Part shown: in pieces, positions 10,273-19,149 of the stretch
Layout of the letters: each line of letters begins with the position of its first letter
How positions within the stretch are numbered: the stretch's first letter is position 1
From: an uncultured Gemmatimonadales bacterium
Lineage (GTDB): Bacteria; Gemmatimonadota; Gemmatimonadetes; Gemmatimonadales; GWC2-71-9
DNA: 64,000 bases
Direction of reading: 5' to 3'
Assembly (NCBI GenBank): GCA_963726955.1
Contig: CAVSEC010000007.1
Span: 403,929-467,928, forward strand
Program-made: the position numbers and the translations under genes
Notes under the pieces: generated by a model
The model's database searches: none
What the model was told of the DNA's origin: nothing
Seen by the model: the letters and a program-made list of their open reading frames with translations, nothing else

Positions 10273-10960
10273 GCGCGCCATGCTCTCCCTGCTGTCCGTT
10301 CTCAGCACCCTGACCGGCGGGCTGCGGGGCCAGGCCCCGCCGCGCCTCGTCGCCGACTCCGGTCGCGTCTCGCCGAGACTGGCGGCACGGGTTGCAGAGC
10401 AGGTGGGCCGGACCTGGGGCGTCGACTCCGCCGGCCTGATCCTCTCCTGGGGGAGCGGTTCACTCGCGGGGGTCTCCGACACCGCGCCGTTCCGCCTGCT
10501 CGGCCGTGGCGAAGGGGGCTGGTTTGCCGTGACCATCGAGCTGCCAGGGCGCCCTCCGCTGGCCATGCGCCTCCGCGCGGGGATCGCCGGGAGCCGCCTG
10601 GTGGCGGTCCGCGCCCTCCGCGTCGGCATGCGACTCACGGAGGGAGACATCCGGCAGGAGCCGCATCTCGCGTGGGGTCCGCCCCCTGCAGCGACCGGGG
10701 TGCCTGCCGCGGGATGGGTGGTGCGGCGCATCCTGTCGCCCGGCGATCCCCTCGATCTCTCCCGAGTCGCACCGCCCCCCGTCATCGAAAGCGGTCAACC
10801 GATGCGGCTGATCTGGAATGAGGGCAGTGTCTCCATCGCGCTCGAGGGCACCGCCGTCAACGACGCCGCGATGGGCGAGCTGGTCCGTGTGCGCACCCAG
10901 GGCCGAACCGGCGTGCTCCTGGGCACCGTCACTGCACCCGGTGAAGCGAGGATGCAATGA
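10256..10960 (+). CDS. flgA: flagellar P-ring assembly chaperone FlgA
   Basis: It has a signal-like N-terminus. The C-terminus reads ...VIESGQPMRLIWNEGSVSIALEGTAVNDAAMGELVRVRTQGRTGVLLGTVTAPGEARM, the SAF/FlgA pattern. It lies between flgG and flgH. The start could be 10280. Confidence 0.65.
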   Translation: MNSSVRRAMLSLLSVLSTLTGGLRGQAPPRLVADSGRVSPRLAARVAEQVGRTWGVDSAGLILSWGSGSLAGVSDTAPFRLLGRGEGGWFAVTIELPGRPPLAMRLRAGIAGSRLVAVRALRVGMRLTEGDIRQEPHLAWGPPPAATGVPAAGWVVRRILSPGDPLDLSRVAPPPVIESGQPMRLIWNEGSVSIALEGTAVNDAAMGELVRVRTQGRTGVLLGTVTAPGEARMQ

Positions 10961-11586
10961 AGACCCTGCCATTTCTTTCGCTCTTCCTCGCCGCCCCGCT
11001 GGTGGCCCAGGGAGCTCCGCCCGCACCCGCCGCGACCCAGGCACCCCCCGCGGCGCAACCCACGGTCGCTGCGGCACCGGCGGCCAGTCGGGCCGGCTGG
11101 TTCAGCGACCGGCGTCCGCTCCGCGTCGGCGACATCGTGACGATCGTGGTGGATGAGGCCGCGAGTGCCAGTGAGAAGCAGAGCCTGAGCGGCAGCGCCA
11201 AGCGCGCCCAGTCGATGGGCCTCAACGTGAATGTCAGCCCGACGCTCAAGATCGGGCCAGCGAAGGGATTCGAGAGCGGCGTCAATAACGACTCCCGCAA
11301 CACCGGCGACGCCGGGCGCACCGGAGATCTCACCGCGACTATCTCGGTCCGGGTGACCGCGATCGAACCGACGGGCATGGCCCGGATCAAGGGCGAGAAG
11401 ACCGTGAGCGTTGACGGGCGGAATCAGGTGATCCAGCTGGAGGGGGTGGTCCGCCCCGAGGACGTCAGCTCCAGCAATACGATCTCCTCCTCCCGGATCG
11501 CCGAGTCGGTCATCAGCTACAAGGGCAAGAAGATCGGCCCCGCGAAGGGCATCCTCGGCAGCATTCTCTCCATCTTCTGGCCATGA
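10957..11586 (+). CDS. flgH: flagellar L-ring protein FlgH
   Basis: It has a signal peptide, then LRVGDIVTIVVDEAASASEKQS, TGDLTATISVRVTAIEPTGMARIKGEKTVSVDGRNQVIQLEGVVRPEDV and SSRIAESVISYKG. Confidence 0.85.
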   Translation: MKTLPFLSLFLAAPLVAQGAPPAPAATQAPPAAQPTVAAAPAASRAGWFSDRRPLRVGDIVTIVVDEAASASEKQSLSGSAKRAQSMGLNVNVSPTLKIGPAKGFESGVNNDSRNTGDAGRTGDLTATISVRVTAIEPTGMARIKGEKTVSVDGRNQVIQLEGVVRPEDVSSSNTISSSRIAESVISYKGKKIGPAKGILGSILSIFWP

Positions 11587-12683
11587 TGAGCCACTCGAGA
11601 GCCGCACCACGGCTCGTACTCGCGCTCCTGCTGTCCGGTTCCTGGGCCTCGGCGCTGTCCGCTCAGGCGATGGAACGGGTCGGTGATCTCGTTTCGCAGG
11701 CGGGGAATATCCCGCGACGGGTCCTCGGCTATGGCCTCGTCATCGGCCTCGAGGGCTCGGGGGACCGCTCCCTCGGCTCTGCCAACGGCGGGACCCCCAC
11801 CGTGCGCTCGATTGCCAACGCCCTGCATCGACTCGGCCTCGACATACCTCCGGAACGGCTCCGGCCGAAGAACGTCGCCGCCGTCGTCGTCACGGCAGAG
11901 CTGTCGCCGTACCTCCGCGCCGGTGGTCGCTTCCAGGTACAGGTCAGCTCGATCGGCGACGCCACCAGTCTCCGCGGGGGCGTACTCTGGATGACGCCGC
12001 TGCTCACCGACGTCGATCAGCCGGCGGTCGGAACGGCCCAGGGTCCGCTGCTCCTGGCCGACGAGGAAAACCGCTACGCCGGCCGGCGGGGGAACTCCGC
12101 CCGGATTCCGGATGGCGGCGTGCTCGAAGTCGAGCCGGCCCAGATCGCTGCGCTCACTCCCAGACTCATCCTGAAGAAGCCCAACCTGGCCACTGCCCAG
12201 CGAGTCGCGTCAGCCATCAACGCGGCGATGGGCGACAGCACGACGGCCAAGGCGGATGACCCAGGGTCGATCACCCTCAACCCCGGGAGCCGAGGAGCCG
12301 ATAATCTCATGAGCTTCCTCGCCCTGGTGGACACCATCCCGATCCGAATGGCGCCCGAAAACCGGGTGATCATCGACGGCCGGAGCGGGACCGTGGTCAC
12401 GGGCGGAACGGTGCGGGTGGCCTCGGCCACAGTCAGTCACCGCGGCTTGACGCTGCGGATCGGTGGTCCACCACCGACGGCGGTGTCCGCCTCTGCCGAT
12501 TCGGCTGGTCAGGGGACAGGGAACGGCGCACCGGCCGGGTTGCTCGCCGTCGGTGATGGGGCCACGGTCCAGGAAGTCGCCGCCGGGCTGCACGCCTCTG
12601 GCGCACGGCCGCAGGAGATCGCGGAAATGTTCTCCATGCTGCATGAGGTCGGTGCGCTCGGCGCCGAGGTGGTGGTGCGATGA
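11583..12683 (+). CDS. flgI: flagellar P-ring protein FlgI
   Basis: RVGDLVSQAGNIPRRVLGYGLVIGLEGSGD, GGRFQVQVSSIGDATSLRGGVLWMTPL and ...QEIAEMFSMLHEVGALGAEVVVR are present. Confidence 0.85.
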   Translation: MMSHSRAAPRLVLALLLSGSWASALSAQAMERVGDLVSQAGNIPRRVLGYGLVIGLEGSGDRSLGSANGGTPTVRSIANALHRLGLDIPPERLRPKNVAAVVVTAELSPYLRAGGRFQVQVSSIGDATSLRGGVLWMTPLLTDVDQPAVGTAQGPLLLADEENRYAGRRGNSARIPDGGVLEVEPAQIAALTPRLILKKPNLATAQRVASAINAAMGDSTTAKADDPGSITLNPGSRGADNLMSFLALVDTIPIRMAPENRVIIDGRSGTVVTGGTVRVASATVSHRGLTLRIGGPPPTAVSASADSAGQGTGNGAPAGLLAVGDGATVQEVAAGLHASGARPQEIAEMFSMLHEVGALGAEVVVR

Positions 12684-12997
12684 CCGACGCGCTCGGGGGG
12701 CCGGGAGCATCACAGAGTGCTCCGGCGCCCGGTCAGGATGCCCGGGCGAAGCTGCGCAAGGCGTCGCACGATCTCGAGAGCGTGTTCGTCAACGAACTGT
12801 TCAAGGCCATGCGGGCAACGGTGCCGGACGATGGGATCCTCGCCAACGATCCGGGCCAGGATCTGTTCACCGGGATGCTCGACGAACGCATCGCGCAGAC
12901 CTACGCAGGGCGGGCAAGACCGGGATCGGCGAGGCGCTGTACCACCAGTTGAGCCGGCGGCTTGCCGGATGCCGGCCCGGGCCGAGGGGCACCATGA
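12680..12997 (+). pseudogene. flgJ: FlgJ-like rod-binding protein (no muramidase domain), about 2 frameshifts
   Basis: KLRKASHDLESVFVNELFKAMRATVP...DLFTGMLDERIAQTYA is in frame 2. GKTGIGEALYHQLS is in frame 1. The gene ends at the TGA at 12995-12997, which forms an ATGA overlap with the next gene. One break is a shortened G run at 12912-12914. Confidence 0.6.
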
Positions 12998-13532
12998 CAC
13001 CGCATGGCCATCAGGAATACATCGCGGCCGGACCCTCGGCCAGTGAACGGCTGTCGGATCTGGCGGACGCGCTGCTCTACGAGGCGAGCGTGATCGAAGA
13101 GCTGCGCGGGTCGTTGCTTCGACAGCGGGCGGGCGTGGCCTCCGACGACGCCGAGACTGGTGGAGTCGAGTATTCACGCCATGGGACGCACGCTGCTGAC
13201 CCTCGATGAGGCCAAGCGCCGCCGGGCGGCGCTCACCGCGCTGATCGCGGGCGGGGAGCCGACGCCGCTCGACCGGCTGGAGGTGATGCTGGGTGGATCG
13301 CTGCCGCGCGATGTCGAGGACGCGCGGACTCTGGTGAAGCGGGCCGCGCTGCAGACGGCACAGGACGTCGCCATCAACCAGCACATCCTGCGGCGTGCGC
13401 TCGAAGCCGGCGATGTCTTCCTGCAGAAGCTCTTCTCGATGGGCGGCGATCCTTCGCCGGGGTACAACCGCGGGGAGCGGCCGATGGATTCGATCGCCGC
13501 AGAGCGGCCTCATCCTCAACCGGACGGCCTGA
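12994..13532 (+). pseudogene. FlgN-like flagellar chaperone candidate, about 2 frameshifts
   Basis: The helical reading is LSDLADALLYEASVIEELRGSLLRQRAGVASDDAE (frame 1), then VESSIHAMGRTLLTLDEAKRRRAALTALI...AINQHILRRALEAGDVFLQKL (frame 2), then ...QSGLILNRTA* (frame 3). The call rests on position before flgK and general resemblance only. Confidence 0.4.
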
Positions 13533-13534
13533 CG

Positions 13535-14910
13535 ATGAGCCTGACCAGTCTCCTCAGTATCGCGCGGACGGCGCTGCTCACCCAGCAGAAGGCGATCGAC
13601 GTCACCGGCCACAACATCGCCAACGCCAGTACCGATGGCTACACCCGCCAGCGGCTGACGCTCGAGGCGGCCCTGCCGTTGCAGACCGCGATCGGCCAGA
13701 TCGGCCGAGGGGTCACCGCGACTGGTCTGGAGCGGATCCGGAGCCAGTTCCTCGATGCCACCTATCGCAAGGAGAACGGCGACCTCGGCAGTTCGCCACG
13801 ACGCAGGATCTGCTCGGCCAGGTCGAGGGCATCTTTGGCGAGCCGTCCGGCACCGGGCTGGCCAACGGCATCGACCAGCTCTTCTCCGCCTTCGGCGACC
13901 TTGCGAACGACCCCACGAACAAGACCACCCGCACGCTCGTCAGCCAGGCGGGCACCAGTCTCACCCAGATGTTCCAGGATACCGATCACCGGCTCACCCA
14001 GGCCAACGCCGATGTAACTGCGCGGATCGGGGGCGCCGTCGCCGAGGTGAACGATCTCGTCGCGCCAGATCGCCGATCTCAACGCGCGTATCCAGGCCGG
14101 CTCCGCCGGCAACCGGGAGGCACCCGACGTCAAGGATCAGCGCGATCGACTGATCGACACGCTCTCCGGGATCGTCGGGGTGCGCGTCATCGCGCGGACC
14201 GACGGCACCGTGGGCGTGGCTGCGGGTGATGCCCTCCTGGTCGACGGCGGCGATGGCCACCACCCTCGATGTGCGGGACAACGGCTCCGGCCACCTGACC
14301 GTCGGAATGACGGGAACAACTGGCGCCATCAACCTGCAGGGCGGCTCGCTCGGTGCGCTGACGGAGCTCTCCACCACGACCATTCCCGGGTTGCGAACCA
14401 GGCTCGACGCCCTCGCCAAGGGGATCGTGACCGAGGTGAATGCGCTCCACAGGTCGGGTACAGGCCTGGCCGGGAGCACCGGCGTCGACTTCTTCAATCC
14501 GACCGGCGTCACGGCGGGCAGCATGGCGGTGAGCCTGTCGATACAGTTTTCCACGGACAATATCGCGGCCGGGAAGAACGGGGCCGCCGGCGACAACGCC
14601 AACGCGCTCGCCCTGGCCTGGCCTCCGGACCGCCGGTGTCGCCTCCTTCGGCGGCAGCACGATCGGCGAGGCGTTCCAGGGCCTGGTCTCCGAGCTCGGC
14701 GTGCATGGTGCGCGAATGCGACCGACAAGCAGACCGCACAGGAGATCGTGGTCTCACATGCCGATACTCTACGTCAGAGCATCAGCGGGGTCTCCGTCGA
14801 CGAGGAGCTGACCACGGCTCATCGGCCAGCAGAACGCCTACAAGGCGGCTGCCAGGCTGGTGACCGTCGCGGACGACATGATCCAGGCGCTGATCGGGAT
14901 GGTGCGGTAA
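13535..14910 (+). pseudogene. flgK: flagellar hook-filament junction protein FlgK, about 6 frameshifts
   Basis: The N-terminus is MSLTSLLSIARTALLTQQKAIDVTGHNIANASTDGYTRQRL. Internal segments are QVEGIFGEPSGTGLANGIDQLFSAFGDLANDP and QIADLNARIQAG. The C-terminus is VSVDEELT-LIGQQNAYKAAARLVTVADDMIQALIGMVR*. Shifts are near 13790, 14066, 14250, 14625, 14715 and 14815. Confidence 0.8.
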
Positions 14911-14940
14911 CTACTCGGACGGAGGAGGCGAAGGGAACGC

Positions 14941-15177
14941 GTGCTGATTCTCAATCGTCGCCAGGGAGAGGCGATCCTTATTGAGGGAGGGATCCGGATC
15001 GTCGTGCTGTCCAGCGACCGTCGCGGAGCCCGGATCGGCATCGAAGCGCCGACGACCGTCAATATCCAGCGGGAAGAGCTGGTCTCACGCATGGCGGAGG
15101 AGAATCGCCGTGCCAATGCCCGCTCGACCGGAACCGAGTGGCTCGAGCAGATCCCGCTGCGCGACCCGAAACCCTGA
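14941..15177 (+). CDS. csrA: carbon storage regulator CsrA
   Basis: The GTG start follows GGAGGAGG. MLILNRRQGEAILIEGGIRIVVLSSDRRGARIGIEAPTTVNIQREEL is the canonical CsrA fold sequence. Confidence 0.9.
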   Translation: MLILNRRQGEAILIEGGIRIVVLSSDRRGARIGIEAPTTVNIQREELVSRMAEENRRANARSTGTEWLEQIPLRDPKP

Positions 15178-15205
15178 CCCACTCGCGGGGCCACCCGGAT
15201 GCGCG

Positions 15206-15232
15206 AGAGGCGACCATCGGCTGGTCGCCTCT
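15206..15232. terminator. hairpin between convergent csrA and the histidine kinase gene
   Basis: AGAGGCGACC-atcggct-GGTCGCCTCT is a perfect 10-bp stem with a 7-nt loop. It lies in the 85-bp gap between convergent genes. Confidence 0.5.
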
Positions 15233-15262
15233 TGACGCTTGCTACCGGTCCGTGCGTCGGGA

Positions 15263-16030
15263 TCACGCCCCCCGACGCCAGGTCGGCAGGAGAAGCACGG
15301 CGCGGGTGCCCTGCCGCGGCCGCGGCTCGAGCGCCAGCGCTCCGCCATCGCGGCTGGCCAGCCACCGCGCGACCGTCAATCCGATGCCCAGGTGATGGGT
15401 GTGCGTGGTGAAAAACGGCTCGAACGCCTGCGTCCCTGCCGCCTCACTCAGCCCCCTTCCATTGTCCTCGACGACAATTTCGATCTGCCCCTCCCGCATC
15501 CCGGCCGAGAGTGTGAGCTCCCCGTCCTCCCGGCCCAACAGTGCCTGCTTGGCGTTGCTCACGAGGCTCAGCAGAATGTGCCGCAGATCGGCCTCGATGC
15601 CGCGCACGGGCGGCAGTCCGCCGGTCAGACGCAGCTCCACCTCCAGAGCGGGCAGGCCACGCTGAAAGCTCTGCAGCTCGACGACGTGGGCCAGGAGGTC
15701 GTCGACGATGACCGGGGATGCCTCGGTGTCATTCGGCGCGTAGACCCGGCCGAAGCAGCCGATGGTGTCGGCGAGGTGCTGCACCGCGTCGCTCACTGCG
15801 GTCTTCAGCCGAGCGCCCTCGCTGCCGCCGAGCAGATCGGCGTGGGGATCCACGAGCAGGGTGAGGGTCTGGAGCGGGCCCCGAAGATCGTGGGCCATTC
15901 CGCGGGCGAGAGAGGCCACCACCGTGGCTCGGTCGGCGCGGATGAGCAATTCCTCAAAGGCGGGCGAAGGTATGATGGACAGCGGGGCCGGCGTTGCGGC
16001 AATCGTCACGGATAGCTCTCCCGGGGGCAC
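15263..16030 (-). CDS. cytoplasmic sensor histidine kinase (HisKA + HATPase only)
   Basis: The H-box is LARGMAHDLRGPLQTL, the N-box is LLSLVSNAKQAL, G1 is VEDNGRGL and G2 is LGIGLTVAR. There is no TM segment or recognisable sensor domain. Confidence 0.8.
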   Translation of the reverse strand: MPPGELSVTIAATPAPLSIIPSPAFEELLIRADRATVVASLARGMAHDLRGPLQTLTLLVDPHADLLGGSEGARLKTAVSDAVQHLADTIGCFGRVYAPNDTEASPVIVDDLLAHVVELQSFQRGLPALEVELRLTGGLPPVRGIEADLRHILLSLVSNAKQALLGREDGELTLSAGMREGQIEIVVEDNGRGLSEAAGTQAFEPFFTTHTHHLGIGLTVARWLASRDGGALALEPRPRQGTRAVLLLPTWRRGA

Positions 16031-16104
16031 GTAACTCTACGGCGGCCCGCGGCGATTGGCAATGCGGGGTGAGCCCCAGGACAGGATCCCGGTGCAGCCC
16101 CAGG

Positions 16105-17301
16105 CTACACGGACCGGCTGATCCAGACGCCGTCGATGATGGGATCGGCGAGGTGGCGGCGCTGAATGACGTCGAGCATGCTCTCGGAGATCGTGGTCCC
16201 CTTGGCGAGCAGCTTGACCCCGGAACTGGTGGTGAGATCGGCGGCCAGCACCATGCCGATTCCCAGGTGATCGACGCCGATCTGATTGCGGGTCGCCTGC
16301 CACTCCTCCCTCGGCCGGTCGAGGACCAGCGATTCGAGGTGTACGAGGGCGAGCGGATCATACCAGGTGGACTGGTGCTGGCGCATCTCCTCGATCACGG
16401 CGACGGGGTCACGCGGGGAATGGCGGCCGTCGCCATCTACGGCGCGGTAGAAATCCACGGCCACCCGGAGTATCCGGGCCCTGAGCGGGATCTGTCCCGA
16501 GACGTAGTGGTTGGGCATGCCGGTGCCGTCCCAATTCTCGAAGATGCCACCGACCAACTCGGCGGCACCCTTCAGCCGGAGGACCTGACCCAGGAGCGAG
16601 GCCGAGACGACCGCATAGTGCCAGTCCGGCTGGGACGCACTGTCGGGGGTGTGATGGATCGGCTCGACCACCTTGCCGATCTCGTGCAGTTGCGAGGCCA
16701 GCTCGAGGTCGCCGACGAGTTCCCCCGGCACCTCGAATCGTTCGGCCATCTGCCGCCCCAGTGCCGCGAGGCGACGGCCCCGGTCACTCGCGCCTGGCAG
16801 CCCGAGGTCAATCAGGTGAATGAGCAGCTGCAGCAGGCCGTCGAAGCTGTCGCCCAGCTGCTGATGCAGCCGCTCGACCTCCACCTTGTCCTCACGGAGC
16901 TGATCCTGGAGCCGCTTCAAACGCAGGCTCGCCCGCACCCGCGCGATCAGTTCGGGGACCTCGATCGGCTTGGTGAGGTAGTCATCGACGCCGAGGTTGA
17001 GGCCCCGGACTTTCAGCGCGGTGTCGGTAAACCCGCTCAACACCACGAAGAGGACGCCGGTGAGCCCCGGGTCGTTCTTCACATGCCGGCAGAATTCGAA
17101 GCCGTCCATCTCCGGCATCTGGTAGTCGGAGATGATCAGATCGGGATGAATCTCACGGGCGCGGGCGAGTCCGTCCTTGCCGTTGATTGCGGTCGCCACC
17201 CGGAGGGCAGGTTCGTGCGCCAGCACCGCGTGGAAGTGCGCCAGCGTGGTCGGATCATCATCGACCAGGAGGACCGTGCTGACCGTGCTGACCCCGCTCA
17301 T
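16105..17301 (-). CDS. response regulator, REC + degenerate HD-GYP domain
   Basis: The REC domain reads VLLVDDD...LIISDYQMPEMDGFEF...VDDYLTKP. The HD-GYP-like domain carries LHEIGKV (HE in place of HD) and WDGTGMPNHYVSGQIPLRARIL (GMP in place of GYP). The start overlaps the motB stop as ATGA. Confidence 0.8.
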   Translation of the reverse strand: MSGVSTVSTVLLVDDDPTTLAHFHAVLAHEPALRVATAINGKDGLARAREIHPDLIISDYQMPEMDGFEFCRHVKNDPGLTGVLFVVLSGFTDTALKVRGLNLGVDDYLTKPIEVPELIARVRASLRLKRLQDQLREDKVEVERLHQQLGDSFDGLLQLLIHLIDLGLPGASDRGRRLAALGRQMAERFEVPGELVGDLELASQLHEIGKVVEPIHHTPDSASQPDWHYAVVSASLLGQVLRLKGAAELVGGIFENWDGTGMPNHYVSGQIPLRARILRVAVDFYRAVDGDGRHSPRDPVAVIEEMRQHQSTWYDPLALVHLESLVLDRPREEWQATRNQIGVDHLGIGMVLAADLTTSSGVKLLAKGTTISESMLDVIQRRHLADPIIDGVWISRSV

Positions 17302-18176
17302 GGGGCCGTCACCGCGACATGCCCGCTGTCCACCGCCGGCGTTCCGGTGGCGGTGGTGCTGTCTGCTCTGGCGCTGTCAGGGGACGCTGCGAGCGAATCG
17401 GGAGCCGGAGGCCGCGGCGGGAGCAGCATCGTGACGGTGACTCGCCGGTTGGCGTCGGCCATCGGGTGCTCCGGGTCGCGGGGCCGGCGATCCGCCCAGC
17501 CACGCACCTCCTGGAGCTGCGCATCGTTGAGCCCCCCGGCCTCCATGATGCGCCGGGCGGCGTTGGCCCGATCGACACTCAGCTCCCAGTTGGAATAGCC
17601 GTCGGGCCGCGAGTAGGGCTTGGCGTCGGTATGCCCTTCGATGGCGACGGCGTTCGGCAGACCGCCAAGCGTCTTCCCCAGGAAGGAGAGGAGACCGACG
17701 CCCGCGGGCGTTGGTGACGAGGAGCCGGACTGAAAGAAGACCCCGGTCGAGTCTTCCAGGAGCTGGATGCGCAGGCCGTCGTCGGTCATCTCGATCTCGA
17801 CATGCTCGGCCAGTTCGGAGAGCGCCGGGACTTCGCGGATCTCCTGCTTGATCTGCTCCGCGGTCTGACGCAACCGGTCCCGCCGGAGGTTCACGACATC
17901 GGCAGGCGACATGATGCGCGGGCTCTGGGTCTGGGCGCCCTCCCCCGGCATGATCGAGCTGCCGAACTCGCCGGCCCGCCCCATCGGATCCTGGAAATAG
18001 CCGGCGATGGCCGACTTGACGTCGCTCGACTGATTCACGAGCCAGAGCACCAGGAACATCGCGAACATGGCCGTCATGAAGTCGGCAAAGGCGACCTTCC
18101 ACGCGCCACCGTGATGGCCATGCCCGGCCACCTTCTTCTTGATGATGATGATCGGCTGTTCGCGCGCCTTGTTCAT
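17298..18176 (-). CDS. motB: flagellar stator protein MotB
   Basis: HHGGAWKVAFADFMTAMFAMFLVLWL contains the TM helix with the conserved Asp. The OmpA-like C-terminus reads VAIEGHTDAKPY...YSNWELSVDRANAARRIM...ANRRVTV. Confidence 0.85.
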   Translation of the reverse strand: MNKAREQPIIIIKKKVAGHGHHGGAWKVAFADFMTAMFAMFLVLWLVNQSSDVKSAIAGYFQDPMGRAGEFGSSIMPGEGAQTQSPRIMSPADVVNLRRDRLRQTAEQIKQEIREVPALSELAEHVEIEMTDDGLRIQLLEDSTGVFFQSGSSSPTPAGVGLLSFLGKTLGGLPNAVAIEGHTDAKPYSRPDGYSNWELSVDRANAARRIMEAGGLNDAQLQEVRGWADRRPRDPEHPMADANRRVTVTMLLPPRPPAPDSLAASPDSARADSTTATGTPAVDSGHVAVTAP

Positions 18177-18179
18177 GGC

Positions 18180-19046
18180 TTACTTCGCGGCCTTGGCCGC
18201 CGCCTTGCAGGCCGCTTCCATCTCCTGAAAGGTCGGCCGCGCCGTCGAGAAGATGGCGCGGCGGGCGAACTCGACCGCCACGATCGGGGCGAAGCCCTTC
18301 GCAAAGGCGACGACGCTCGCCTTGAAGAACGCGAAGAACCGCGCTTCCTCGGAATTGGCGTTCTCGATTGCGGTCGAGAGCGGGCTGCAGAAGCCGTAGG
18401 CCAGCAACACGCCCATGAACGTCCCCGTCAGCGCGGCGCCGACCTTCTCACCGATCACCTCGACCGGTCCGGCGATAGCCGCCATCGTCACCACGATGCC
18501 GAGGACGGCCGCGACGATGCCGATACCGGGCAGCGCGTCGCCGACCTTCTGCAGGGCGCCTGCGGGTTTCCCCGCTTCCTCGTGGTGGACGTCCATCTCG
18601 CCATCCATCAGGGCGTCGAGGTCGTGGGGCGGGACGCTCCCGACGAGGACCAGTCGAAGCGAGTCGCAGAGGAACTCGATCGCATGGTGCTCGTGCAGGA
18701 CCTTGGGATACTTCTTGAAGATCGAGCTCTTCTTGGGGTCCTCGATATGCGACTCGATCGCGACCAGGCCGTCCTTGCGGGCGATCTGGAAGAGCTCGTA
18801 CAGCATCTTGAGGGAGTCGAGGTAGATGTCGCGGGTGAACTTGTTACCCTTGAAGACCACACCCAGCTTCCCGCCCAGCGCCTTGAGCACGGTGCCGGGG
18901 GTGGAGATCAGGACCGTGCCGATGGCGATGCCGCCGATCACGACGATCTCGGACACGTGAAAGAGCGCGCCGAGGTGGCCGCCGGCGATCGTGAAGCCTC
19001 CTGCGACAGAGGCCAGAACGATGATCAGTCCGATGATCGAGATCAT
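18180..19046 (-). CDS. motA: flagellar stator protein MotA
   Basis: MISIIGLIIVLASVAGGFTIAGGHLGALFHVSEIVVIGGIAIG and ALPGIGIVAAVLGIVVTMAAIAGP...GAALTGTFMGVLLAYGF are present. The gene lies directly upstream of motB. Confidence 0.9.
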   Translation of the reverse strand: MISIIGLIIVLASVAGGFTIAGGHLGALFHVSEIVVIGGIAIGTVLISTPGTVLKALGGKLGVVFKGNKFTRDIYLDSLKMLYELFQIARKDGLVAIESHIEDPKKSSIFKKYPKVLHEHHAIEFLCDSLRLVLVGSVPPHDLDALMDGEMDVHHEEAGKPAGALQKVGDALPGIGIVAAVLGIVVTMAAIAGPVEVIGEKVGAALTGTFMGVLLAYGFCSPLSTAIENANSEEARFFAFFKASVVAFAKGFAPIVAVEFARRAIFSTARPTFQEMEAACKAAAKAAK

Positions 19047-19069
19047 GAAAGTGCCATCCCTTGCATGGC

Positions 19070-19101
19070 TGAAGTATCGGAGCCGCTTGCCGATACCTTG
19101 A
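19070..19101. promoter_or_regulatory. candidate back-to-back sigma-28 promoters (HDOD gene on +, motAB on -)
   Basis: On the plus strand, TGAA(19070-73)-N15-GCCGATAC(19089-96). On the minus strand, TCAA(19101-19098)-N16-TCCGATAC(19081-19074). The two -10-like boxes form the inverted repeat GTATCGG-N9-CCGATAC. The consensus I recall is TAAA-N15-GCCGATAA. Confidence 0.4.
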
Positions 19102-19149
19102 GATGCACGGGGGCCAGGACGGGCCCGCCACAGTCATCGGGGGTATGGA

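Noticed and set aside
8701-10785. Very long antisense ORFs. Examples are 8701-10785 (694 aa), 22551-24281 (576 aa), 30783-33377 (864 aa), 38478-40322 (614 aa), 44369-46267 (632 aa), 47430-49328 (632 aa) and 49391-52345 (984 aa), all on the minus strand.
   Set aside because: Each lies exactly opposite a well-supported plus-strand gene. Their translations are Arg/Pro/Gly/His-rich low-complexity strings with no recognisable motifs. Long stop-free antisense frames are expected in DNA of about 70% GC.
1-14910. Programmed ribosomal frameshifting or transcriptional slippage as the explanation for the broken flagellar genes.
   Set aside because: There are too many sites, more than 20. They go in both directions. 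They lack a shared heptanucleotide slippery motif or a downstream structure. Several are simple G-run or GATC-adjacent single-base changes, so sequencing error or decay is more economical.
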